From positions 744,001 through 808,000 of the forward strand of contig OZ176055.1 in the NCBI GenBank assembly GCA_964247055.1: 64,000 bases of DNA, read 5' to 3'. Position 1 is the first letter of the stretch. Each line of letters starts with the position of its first letter. A program made the translations under genes and the position numbers. Below are positions 12,001 through 22,771 of this stretch, one piece after another. This stretch comes from Paragordius varius (Eukaryota; Animalia; Nematomorpha). Below the pieces are notes generated by a model that saw only the letters and a program-made list of their open reading frames with translations, was not told the DNA's origin and ran no database searches.

Positions 12001-13899
12001 AATCAATATATAAAACATTTTATTGTTGAGTGATAAAAATCTAAATTTATTAAATATTTAATTTTAAACTTTTACCATTTTTCCTTGTGCTTTTAAGCGT
12101 AAGAAATCAGCTTTAACACCGGATTCAAATGTCATGGAATAATAGTAGGGATAATTTATTCCCTCAAAATATACGCGATGCATTTGCGAATTCAAAAACG
12201 TGATTACAATCGAAGGACCAATTTTGGTTAAAAACACTGTTGAGTTATACATGTCGGTTACACTATAAAATACATAAAATTGAAATTAAATACACGCTAT
12301 ATGTAAAAATTTAAAGACAAATATATATTGTTTTAAAAAGACAACCATATTTTTTTAACCCTTGATTTTTCTTGCAAAAATATTTCATTACAATTAAAAT
12401 TGTGTAAATAGAATGTATTAACAATCTAAATCTCTATTATCGGTTTCTTGAAAACTAAAACGATAAGTTATATTTAACACTTTATGACCTTTTGGGGTAG
12501 TTTTATGTGCTAAAGTGATTTGAAATGTGAATATTCTATATTAAGCTCAATTGAAATATATGCTTTTGGCCTTTTAGGCGCATAATACAAGAAAAAATTT
12601 ATTTAAATGAAAAATTAGAAAAAAATCGTCATCTCAAACGCCGCCATTTTTTTTCTATACATTTTTAAATCGCTAATACAATAGGAAATAAATGTATTTT
12701 ATGGTTAAAAAATGAAAATAAAAAATTTTAGTAAGCTTTCAGATTTGCATTATACCAGCCAAAACATGATATTTGATTTTGAGATCAGTTATTTATTTCA
12801 ATTGTTTTTTGGAGCTGTCTCAATTTTAGACGCGTGAAGTCACAAATCTGTAAATAATATGAACTCAAAACAGTAGTTTATTTACAAGATTGAGCTGTGG
12901 GATTAAAAATACCCCAATATGTGTCGCGGACAAAAAAGTAAAAAGGTCATATCAAGGTTCAAAAAAATATGGTTTTAATAATATTTATTTTTGATTTAAT
13001 ATTTTCCTTGTATAATAATTGTACTGCTGCGATTTAACAAGTTTTTCAAAAATATAACAATATAATTAGATTAACGATACTAATTAAATACTTGACGTAG
13101 AGATCATTTAAGGAATAAAGACGATCTGACAGATAACCGCACATAACATTATCGACTAAATATTAGATATTTATTTATAATATAATCAATTATCTAGAAC
13201 CCTAACATATTTAATTTCCATCTTATTATTAATTTAGAAATTTAATTTAAATAAAAATTTAATGTCATATATCTTATGATAGAAATTTGAAATTTTTCAA
13301 ATAATGTTTTTTTAAAATTAGATTTATGAAACAAAACTAAACGGACAAAACGTAATAATATAAAGATGAATATTTTTTTTGAAATAAAACACTTTTTAAA
13401 TCTTGATCATTTTTAATATATTTAATTATGGTAAACTAAAAAGTATGAACAATTGTAATTAGATGATTTTTTATAAATTAAGGTTATGAAAAAGTATGGT
13501 TGTTGTTTTTTTAGAAAAATTTGTCTTTATATTTTTATGATTTGCGTATAATTTTCTAATTGGGTTTTTTTATTTTCAAAATTTTTATCCATTGTTTATG
13601 ATCCACTATTTTTAGCAAAACTATAACCCGTTGAATAAAATCCACATAAAATATCCGCTTAATTAAACATATATTATCAAAATTTTATTTTGCCAAAAAT
13701 AAATATTTGTTAAAATTGATTTTGCATAAAAAAATTATTTATTTTTACCATCATTGTGATAAGGGATAGGTATATATTGGATTAAAGGAAACGTCAGATT
13801 TCCGAGCTGAAAGACTTGTGACTGATTAAATAAAGCACTGCGACAGTTAAGAAAGAGTATCCATACTCCACAAAAAATTATGATGATAGGGAATTGCAT
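22..13899 (-). CDS. 8-exon gene for an uncharacterised, probably secreted N-glycoprotein (about 369 aa); 5' end uncertain
   Basis: Exons 13899-13749, 13155-13092, 12262-12076, 11147-10922, 2586-2490, 1997-1826, 581-477, 129-22 (TGA at 24-22). All junctions are GT-AG with matching phases (1,2,0,1,2,0,0); total 1110 nt = 370 codons with no internal stop. The N-terminus MQFPIIIIFCGVWILFLNCRSA looks like a signal peptide. Several exons match ORF-track fragments. No family recognised. The frame stays open upstream of the ATG, so extra 5' exons are possible. Confidence 0.75.
627..941. mobile_element. hAT (Charlie/MER-type) non-autonomous MITE
   Basis: Imperfect TIRs taagggtgcctaac (627) and gttggataccctta (928-941), with internal ggcccgc motifs typical of hAT MITEs. 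No 8-bp TSD seen; a family B end abuts the right side. Confidence 0.55.
1587..1745. mobile_element. MITE family C (CAGTATGCATTTTAATGGTTGCTTA TIR, about 160-200 bp)
   Basis: cggtatgcattttaatggttgctta ... attaaaatgcatactg; homologous to copies at 30165, 38925 and 62060. Confidence 0.7.
3340..4060 (+). pseudogene. Degenerate hAT transposase C-terminal half (deleted, frameshifted), copy 1
   Basis: Frameshifted translations IHNAIQTATDLLPLDVENI (3423-3479), WLALLPAIE (about 3510-3540) and EFALSLP/TTAIERVF (about 3893-3945) match hAT CxxH-adjacent, RW and dimerisation-domain motifs. Confidence 0.8.
4095..5400 (-). pseudogene. Degenerate hAT transposase C-terminal half, copy 2 (inverted)
   Basis: Minus-strand motifs YCADNINTNSGG (about 5258-5293), GVGCAAHIIHNAIQTAADLLPLD (CxxH, about 5130-5195), KTRWLALLPA (4981-5009), ALSLPRTNAAAEHVFSTVN (4262-4318), ending KRIHSNKKYTKE* near 4095. 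Multiple frameshifts and stops. Confidence 0.88.
5562..5660. repeat. 33-bp tandem repeat x3 inside the hAT element
   Basis: accgatttgtg(a/g)t...aatttgtc units begin at 5562, 5595 and 5628. Confidence 0.75.
6157..6636. mobile_element. About 480-bp MITE nested in the left foldback arm (piggyBac/Kolobok-like, decayed TTAA-type flanks)
   Basis: cttcgattcgaattggggtagttggatacccca (6160) is the inverted partner of tggggtatttagatacgccaattcgaatcgaag (6601-6633). It has no counterpart in the right arm. Confidence 0.65.
6790..7200. repeat. About 100-bp tandem units (about 4) in the left foldback arm, mirrored at 8440-8900
   Basis: taattactacatattttggacatttt...acaggtaaaaattgcggt repeated; reverse-complement units aaaaccgcaattttcacttg...aaatgtccaaaatatgtagtaattac in the right arm. 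Confidence 0.8.
10163..10410. mobile_element. MITE family B (TA|CAGTAAAAATTGAAATTATACGGACAAAACG TIR of about 85 bp; Tc1/mariner-type ends)
   Basis: ta-cagtaaaaagtgaaattatacggacaaaacg ... gtctgtataatttcagtttttactg-ta. Confidence 0.85.
10655..10911. mobile_element. MITE family A (TATA|CCATTTACAATTCAAATTCACCC TIR) with an internal family B half
   Basis: tata-ccatttacaattcaaattcaccct ... gggtgaatttgaactgtaaatgg-tata; a B-type left end lies at about 10691-10775. Confidence 0.75.
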
Positions 13900-14215
13900 A
13901 TATAGAAAGTATATATGTTTAATTTCAAAATTAAATCGAAACGTAAAATTTATCACAGTTGAATGATCTGCAATTCAGCAAACTTACTTAACGTTAAAAT
14001 ACGATTAATTTATCAACACGTACAAATTAAAACTATATATAATAATTTTAATTAAACATAAAAATTGGCAATTTGCTTTGCAAAATATTTAAGAGTTTGA
14101 AAGATTATACACCTCATGTAGCATTCATGCGTTTTGTGTCTTTATGACAACTATAAGAAAACGACAAGTTGCAATGTTTTATTGCAGAGATTAGTTGCAA
14201 AATTTTATGAATATA

Positions 14216-14482
14216 CAGTAAAAATTGAAATTATGAAGACATATTTTAAAACATAAAAATATTTTTTGTAAATACAGCCCTACTTTTTAAAACCTTAATT
14301 TTTCCCAGATAGTTAGAATTTAAATAATTTGATTGGGTGTATTGACTATGGTTATCTCTATTTTCTAACCCAAAATCGGTAATATTTCCAAAACCAAGGT
14401 TTAATAAAAGTATATCTGTCTTTATATAAAAAAATATCCCTTCTATAGTTTTTAATTGTCTCTATAATTTTAATTTTTACTG
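14216..14482. mobile_element. MITE family B
   Basis: ta-cagtaaaaattgaaatt ... aattttaatttttactg-ta. Confidence 0.8.
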
Positions 14483-14569
14483 TATATATCTTAAACCCTA
14501 GCTTATAATTAAATTCAGTGAACTAAAAAAAGGTAAATTGGTTCCCAAAATAAATGCGGGTTAAAAACT

Positions 14570-15899
14570 TTGCCATAATGAATAGAAAGTTAGATGACTA
14601 TTGCCAGGAAATTCTTGGAATTATGCCTTGATGGGGTTTTTATTATATTTTTTGTTAATATATTGCCTAACCAATTATCGGCTCTTATATTTTTTAGCTT
14701 GTAGAACTGGAAAATGTTGTTGATCACTGTTATTGCTCGGCGGTTAACTCTATTTTTTTTTAAAAAAAAGGTAGGAAAATTTATAGATACTATTTACATT
14801 TCAAATTTACCCTTAAACACCAGATGCAACATAAAACATAACGGAGGATTTACTTTAAACGTTCGTATTACTATTTGTAAAATATTATAAATATATTAAA
14901 TTGCAGGTAATTTTTTGTTTAAAATTCCTAAATACTTTAAATAAATTAAATTAAACACTCAAAATGATGCATACATTATTTAGAGTGAAGAAATGATAAA
15001 CTTTAACGAAAAATCATTAATCTTACCATAGTTAATTTAGTATGATAACTTTAAAAAATTGAAGATCTATACCAAGTCACCTAGTATTTATACAACAAAC
15101 GTTTAAATTTTAATACTTTACTAACTGGCCGTGCCAAGTTTGTGTAATACAGTCTAACTGATATTCGAATAAATTATTGCATTAGAACAAATGGACATAC
15201 CAAAATTAATAAAACCTTACTATATTTAACTATAAAGATTGATGTAATGGTTTGTGTCACTTGCCTGTACTTGTCATGAAGATACTCCACATACCAAACA
15301 ACAATCTATTATAAAATTTATATTATTTTAGCTTAAATTCCCATACCTATAGATTGTGCAAAAGCTTTAAGATTAAAGGTGGAGATAACAAGTAAAATGG
15401 CTTTTTTGGAGTCGTTTATTTTGAATCTTATTTCACCATATCTACTGGATTAAGGTATTCCAAATTTTATTTTTAAATTAGTTTTCGGAAATGATATTTG
15501 TTGATTAATATAAATTATGCCCATTTTTTTCAAACCCATTTATAATAACCGCAAAATTTACGACGAGACTATTTGCCAATTATTGGGGCTGATTACCAAT
15601 CTTAGACATTTTGAACCGGGAATTTTTACCTGACAGATATAATTAAGTGAGAGTCGATATTTTATTTCTAATTTAATTCCCACATCTGCTGGAACAAGGG
15701 ATATAAACTTTGATTTTGATATGCCTCTTTGGAAATGAGATAGTATTTGATTAAAATATCTATAAAATTTGTTAATGATAAGCGCATAAATATTGGTTAA
15801 TATTATATGTACATCTCCTCAATTATATCACAAGCTTTAAATGTACCGTTGCAAACTCAAGCCCTTAAAGACCCGATGGCGAGACTACTTGTCAATCAT
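14570..15899 (-). CDS. Candidate multi-exon gene fragment (unresolved)
   Basis: Phase-compatible exons 15899-15889 (MID), 15759-15562 (YFNQILSHFQRGISKSKFISLVPADVGIKLEIKYRLSLNYICQVKIPGSKCLRLVISPNNWQIVS) and 15444-15347 (RYGEIRFKINDSKKAILLVISTFNLKAFAQSI) with GT-AG ends. Downstream exons are ambiguous and no homology was recognised. Confidence 0.35.
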
Positions 15900-16920
15900 G
15901 TGGAATAGTGACACCCTGGGCGTAATATCGGAGCCGCTGATATATCAGGGCTGATAACCGATCTTGGCCTTTATGCTGGCCGAAGTTAGACTTATTTTAT
16001 AACAGGGTTTACAGTTTTTTATACCCGGTTAGCTTCCCAGATGAAGGTACAGTTGAAACATGGTCACACGAATGGGTAACTTTGACACTTGTGTTATCTA
16101 ATATTTCTAAAATTGGTGTATCTCATAGAAGCAAATAAATTCCCCTCTACAACAAAGAGATCTTAAAAACGCTGCATTTGACTCCACATAGTGACATTAC
16201 TTAGAGGATTCGGGACCAAAACGCTGTTTGTGCGTTAATACTATCTTACAATATGACATATCGAACATACGGCATTTATTTACAGATATAAATTGACGGC
16301 AGGTGGCCGACGATCTTCCGACGCTACAACCTATATCTGTTCTTGCTAAGGAAGCATATAACCATTTCTACGTAGCTTTTTATTTAAAACATCGTAGATA
16401 TTACACAGAATTCATATCAACTTGTGCCTTATTTAGCTTTATTCGTTATATTTTCAATATGTTTAATTGTTATTATATTATAGTCTGATATGTGTTATGC
16501 GAAATGCTTCACCGTCAATATTTTGAAGAATATATTTAAAAAACGGAGCTGAACAGTGGGACTATGGTTTAGTCACTGCGACGCATTTATATGGTTAAAT
16601 ATTAATTATAAGTTATGGCGTCTATTTTTGAGAAATTGCTTGAGAGCCAATATTTTTCTAAAAAACACAGGCGGGGTAAATTAAATCGAAATATGGCTTA
16701 GTCACCCTCGCATTTGTTTGCCTACACTTTTTAAAAAAAATGTATATTTTTCAATGCTAATACTTTAACACTAAGGGTGTCTTAATTAAGGGGCTAATTT
16801 TAAAAGGCTTCACTATGGTCAATTTTATAAGATAATAAAAAACGGACAGTATTAAAACTAAATTGTTTATATTTTCCTGAAAATATTTTTTAAATTAAAG
16901 TTAGGACTTTCATTTTAAAA

Positions 16921-16958
16921 ACCCGGATTTCACCCGGGGTCGTGCAAGAGAGCCTAGT
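16921..16958 (+). mobile_element. Possible Helitron-type 3' end
   Basis: Short GC hairpin cccgg-atttcac-ccggg followed by gagcCTAGt (CTAG 16954-16957). The 5' end was not identified. Confidence 0.3.
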
Positions 16959-17146
16959 TTGAAAAAAGGGTTTAGCCAATGTCGTGTACTTTAAACAATT
17001 AAATAATTTTTAATTTGAATATATTTAAAACAAATCTTATTAGTATAGATATATATATATTCTTAAGACCCATGTATTGATGTAAATGACGCATGTAAAA
17101 TGTTTGTAACAGTTGCAAACTATTTATTGTTTGGAAAACTCATGCT

Positions 17147-20100
17147 ATGGCTATAAAAATACGCATCAAGGGAGCTTCAAAGAAGTTTTCAAAAGGGCAC
17201 AGTAGCTCAATCAATCCGGCCACAAAAAGGTTTAGGAATAGTATAGGTATATAAAAATTCATCAAATTTAGAAAAAATAGAAAGCGAATTAAAATCTACT
17301 CATTTGAGTGAGTATGGAGATGGCAGCAATGATGATGCCATATCTTATAAAACCGATGTGAGTACTTGGACAAATTGTTCCAACATAACATTTAGCAAAT
17401 TAATTGATAAAAGCGATCTAATACATACAGTTCTTCATCGCGAAGTTAGCCTCTATGATTTTATAATAGATTTTAAGCGTTTTAGGAACTGTTACCGATA
17501 TAATTCGACAGAAAAATGGAAAAGAAACGGATTTAGAGTATTTTGCCTTACTCATGACGACATTATCTTCTTCACATTTTTCAAATTTGGCAGTTGATGA
17601 CTTGCAAGAAATAACCCTAACCGCCACGGTTTTCTTGATAAATGTTGTGATAAAACGTGTCCCCACTTCCCTGATAGTGACTAAATGTTCCATTTTTATT
17701 CAAGCTATACTCAATTCTTTCCTCATGTTTCAAGCATGTCTAGCAAAAAATAAGGACAAATTAGATACTGATAAAAATACTTTGAACAACGAAAGTTCTG
17801 CCGGAACCAATTTAACTGAATTCCGAAATGACCATGGACCTTATTTATTTTACACATGTGCTTTTTCCATCTTAGCCCACATTATTCGACATCAACCGGA
17901 AATATCGCTTGATGAGTTGTCAGACGATACTAATACGCTTTCAAACATTCATAAAGTAATAAAAGTTTTTATATTCCTTGATAAAGCTTTTTTGGTGCAA
18001 AATAAAACTATATATAATAAAATTGATAAATAATTTTACAATAGAAATTGAAATTACAAAAAAACTTAAAATTCAAGACAAAATTTTCAAAAAAATTATA
18101 TATTTTTTCTACTTATTTTTTAAACATTACTTTTCGTGATGTAAATTGGAAACATTCTCAATAATATGTTTCACAAAGTAATATAAAATTATCAAGATTC
18201 AAATATGACTATCTTTGTATATAGTTAATATTTGTCCCTTAATTTTTAAGATTTATTTATATAATTTTTACTTTTACTTACATTTTGAATAGCATTTATT
18301 CACAAAATATTTTATATCATATCGCTTTTACAGGCTTTTGATCTATTACTCACGTACAGTATCGATGAACATCCCAAGATTAGGAAGTCTGCAAAGAGAG
18401 CGCTTGAAAGAATATTTGAGTCTACTAATGAAAGTTCCAATCAATTAGAGAATTCCAATTATGCAGTTGAGAAAAGTTTACCAAAACAGGCCTTAATTCA
18501 ACGCCTCTCACTTTTCTATGGGACTGTTATAGCGGAAAATCTGAAATCAATCGATTTTACGGCTTATAATCAGGCTATGAAAACTCTACGAAAACGAAAA
18601 CACTCTACACCAAAGAATGAGTATATGAACAAACATAAAGTAATTATTTAGCATTTTAAATTTTACAAGCAATGCAAAATAAAGTTTTTGATTTTTGAAA
18701 AAAAGCATTAAAAATTGAAATAAAAAATGAAATTTAAGAATATATTGTTTCTAAAAGGAAAGAAAATCAAAACATTTGAAACCCTGATATTTTACATAAC
18801 CAATATAATTGCAATATATAATTTATAATTGAAAGTTCTATCAATTTACATCTTTACTCCTTATACCATACCCCAAAACGATAGGTTTTTATTGAAAAAT
18901 CAAAGAATAATATGGTTTACATTGTAAAAAATATTAGTTTTTATACTTGTTTTGTGTTGTCTTTTAATTATAATTCAAACCTGTTTATACATTAAATTTA
19001 TTACAAAATAAAGAAATAAATTACCTTTTTTTCGAATGAACTGGTTTTGTTATTATTTAAAGGCTATATCGAAAATTGGATTGAAATTTAGAAATGTACC
19101 TTATATGTTTCCTAATCTTACAATGTTGCACCATAATTTTAAAAATGGTATAAGTTATTTTGAATCCGAAAAATATGGATGAAAATAAAACTAAATTTAT
19201 CATTTATAGATATAAAATGAAAGTATACGGACAAAACGTAAAATATAAAGATAGAAATGTTTTTTTTACTCAAAAAATCATTTAGTAAAAATCTTAAAAT
19301 ATGTAATTTATTGTGTTACCATTATACATCTCTATTTTATATTTTGAGCTTAAAATAATGAGTATTATAGAAAACAATCAAGATTTTATGAGTATGGTTG
19401 TTTATTAGAAAAAAATATTTGCCGTTATAATTTTAATTTTTACCGTATGATAATATATCAAATACATTAATTGTCATAAAATAAAAATTGGGTATTGATT
19501 TAAATGGTTAATAAATGTTTTACAATATTGAGTGATATAAACCATTTACAATTCAAATTCACCCTAAAAATGAATTATGTGTTTTCATCACTAATATAAC
19601 ACATTATTAATATTATGAAATATATCTTTATGGCCAAGGTTTCTATTTTTCATACTATTATTAATTTTAAACAAAATTCTATTTTTTATAAATATAGGTA
19701 TAGGTACAATTTAATTTTAAAAAGCACATAATTTATTTACGGGTGAATTTGAATTGTTTAAAGGTGAATTTGAATGGTTTAAGGGTGATTTTTGACTGTA
19801 AATAGTATTTTATTATATATGCAATTTCCAAAATGCTTGTTATGTTTTTACCACCATGAATAATTTTTTTAAGTTTTTTTTTAATTTTTTTTTAGTATTC
19901 TTTCAAGCTTTGGAAATAATCTTGGGATATTAAGTTTTCTGGTTTAAACGCTTTAAAGTTTGATATTTGAAACTTTTAACATAATAATTTGGATGTATTC
20001 CTTTTCGATTTATCTCATTTTATATGATTTTATTTGACTTGACTACAATCATTTATAAGGCTAACATTATTATTTACCATTTTCAAAAAATATAAGCTCT

Positions 20101-22733
20101 TTTTTTACTATTTCTATGATTTGTTTTTAGCATTTTATCCGTAAAATTCAACAATCCTTGAAAGCATATATGGAATTTTGTGGACAATTAGCTACAAAAT
20201 ATGGTATTGTTAAGGAGCATAATTTAATTGAATGTATGATTGCCAAGGGCCTAGAATGGACCTTAAAAATTTATAATGTCCCGCTTGAATCTGATTTAGT
20301 AAGTTTTTTAGTTGTTTCATTTTCTTATAAAAAAATTTTAATTATGTTTTCTGAAATTGTATATATTTATGCTTTATTTATATATGTATATTAAAGAAAT
20401 TTAATTTTTTTAATATTAAATAATTGTAATATTAATATATTATTAAATTAATATAATGTATTGTTTAGAAAAAAATTTCTTTAAATAAAAATCAAGCTTA
20501 TATAAAGTAAATGAAAAAAAAAATAAGTCCATAAAAATATATTTTCATTGGAAATATTTCATATAGTAATAATTGAAATAATGTTATTATTTTGATATGA
20601 AATTATACTTGTATAAATTAAATCATATATTTTTTGAATATTTGCCTAGAAACTCAAGATATCAACACTACAGACACTTTCAACCTTCTTTAAAACTTTG
20701 TTTGAAAACGATAAACGTGAAAAAAGTCCTGTCTTGGAACAAAAAATGTTAAATAGGTAATTAATTTTTTTTATATATATAGTTCCAATTCGCCCTTAAA
20801 CAATTTGAATTCACCCTAAAAATAAATTATGTGTTTTTGAACTAATATAACTCATCATTAATATGAAATATATCTTTATGGCATAATTTGAATTCACCCT
20901 AAAAACAAATTATGTGTTTTAGAACTTATATAACTCATTATTAATATGAAATATATCTTTATGGCATAGTTTATTATTTTTTCATAGTTTTAGCTTTCTA
21001 AACTTTTTTATTACCTATTAAAAATATTGGTTATTTTTTCCATAAATCATATTACCTATTTGGTGAATTTGAATTGTTTGAGGGTGTATTTGAATTCTTT
21101 AAGGGTGAATTTGAAAATTTAAATTGTTTAAGGGTGAATTTAAATTTTTTAATCCCTTCTTTTTTATTCATAATAGTGAACAAATGTCGGGAAAATATAG
21201 CTTTTTGAATGAGGAGATGTGCGCAAAAATCTTGGCTACCCTATATAACCTATTTCCTAATAATCCAGAAACTCGTGAAAGCTCTAATATTGATTTTTCT
21301 TTGAATGGTAGTTTTACATTAACTTTTTTTATGTTAAAATTTAAATCAAAAATATATTTACAGTTCAAATTCACCCTCGAAAAATTTAAATTTACCCTAA
21401 ATGACAATTGTTTGTTTTCAAACTAATATAACTCATTATGAATATGAAATATACAATCGTTTTGGCATAGTTTATTATTTTTTCATGGTATTGTTTTAAT
21501 TTTAAACGAAATTTTATTTTTTAAAAAAATATATTAAAATATAAATGATTTTTAATTTAAAAAACGCATAATTATTTTGGGTGAATTAGAATTGTTTAAA
21601 GGTAAAATTTGAATTGTTCAAAGGTGAATATTAACTGTAATGGTTGAAAGTAATATTCTGAAGTATTTATATATTATTAATTTTTTCAGTATTTGTTTCA
21701 ATCAAAAAAAATAAGGTTCTGCGCAGTCATACTGTAAAAATTTAAATTATACCGGCAAAACGTAAATTCATAAAGATAAATTTTGTCTTCCAAAAAACAA
21801 TCGCGCTGTAATTTTTTGCAACTATTTCAATACATATAACTAATTGCGTTAAATTGCAACGCGTATTAAATAGAGATATAAATTCGTAAAACAATCAGTT
21901 ATATAATATATATTTAAAATCGTATAATTTATAGCAAATTAAGATGTTTATGGTTCCAAAAAAGTATGGTTGCCTTTTTACTTAGGTTTTATACATTTTT
22001 ACGTTTTGTCCGTTATAATTTGAATTTTTCCTGCATATTTATGCTAACTTATAACTTTTTATCTATCTTCAAATAAATTTTTTTTTATAAATTTTACACA
22101 TTTTTTAAATGTTACACAGAATCAAATAATTACCAATCCGGCCCCCATAGTAATGTAAACGACGTTACACCTTATAAAACATGGATTAGTACACTTTTAT
22201 ACGGTGTCAGTTATTTTAGTAGAATTAATGCTAAATTATCCAGGAGTCACGTATGTCGCATACAAACCATTTTTTTCCATTACACTTTACATTGGTTTTC
22301 TGCTTTTTCTTCGTTCAAAGTTAATAGTGTGCCAATTGAAACTACACAATCTAATATTATTACTACTGATAAAAAGAAAAAGCGCGTTGTTAGATTTAAT
22401 GAAATTACGACGGAAAAATCTTTGAAAAATGGGGGGAATTCTGTGAAAACTAATGTTAAAATTGCTGGAAACTCTAACTTAGAATTAGTGAATAATTTCG
22501 TTAGAGAACATATATCACAAGTATTTGCTGTCCTAACTCTTGTTTTGGATGGGGAAAGGTATATTTATTTTAATGGTTTTATAAATTTTTGGATTTTTGA
22601 ATAGTTTAATAAATATTTTGCGTAAAACACATGATTAAAAAATGTTAACTAAAGCATTTAAAAAATAAATATAGTTTTTAACTTGTAAACTTAATTAAAA
22701 TTGTTAACTCTTTGATATTAAAAAAATTATGTA

Positions 22734-22771
<38 letters not shown>

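Noticed and set aside
15850-15990. GC-richer block as a structured ncRNA (5S, snRNA, hammerhead)
   Set aside because: No match to 5S/U-snRNA sequences or the CUGANGA/GAAA core as I recall them; more likely exon or UTR of the candidate minus-strand gene.
22251-22327. Apparent intron in RRP12 exon 9 (GTATGT donor, pyrimidine-rich tract)
   Set aside because: The frame from 22122 runs uninterrupted into the 22329 ORF, so no intron is needed, and removing it would shift the frame.
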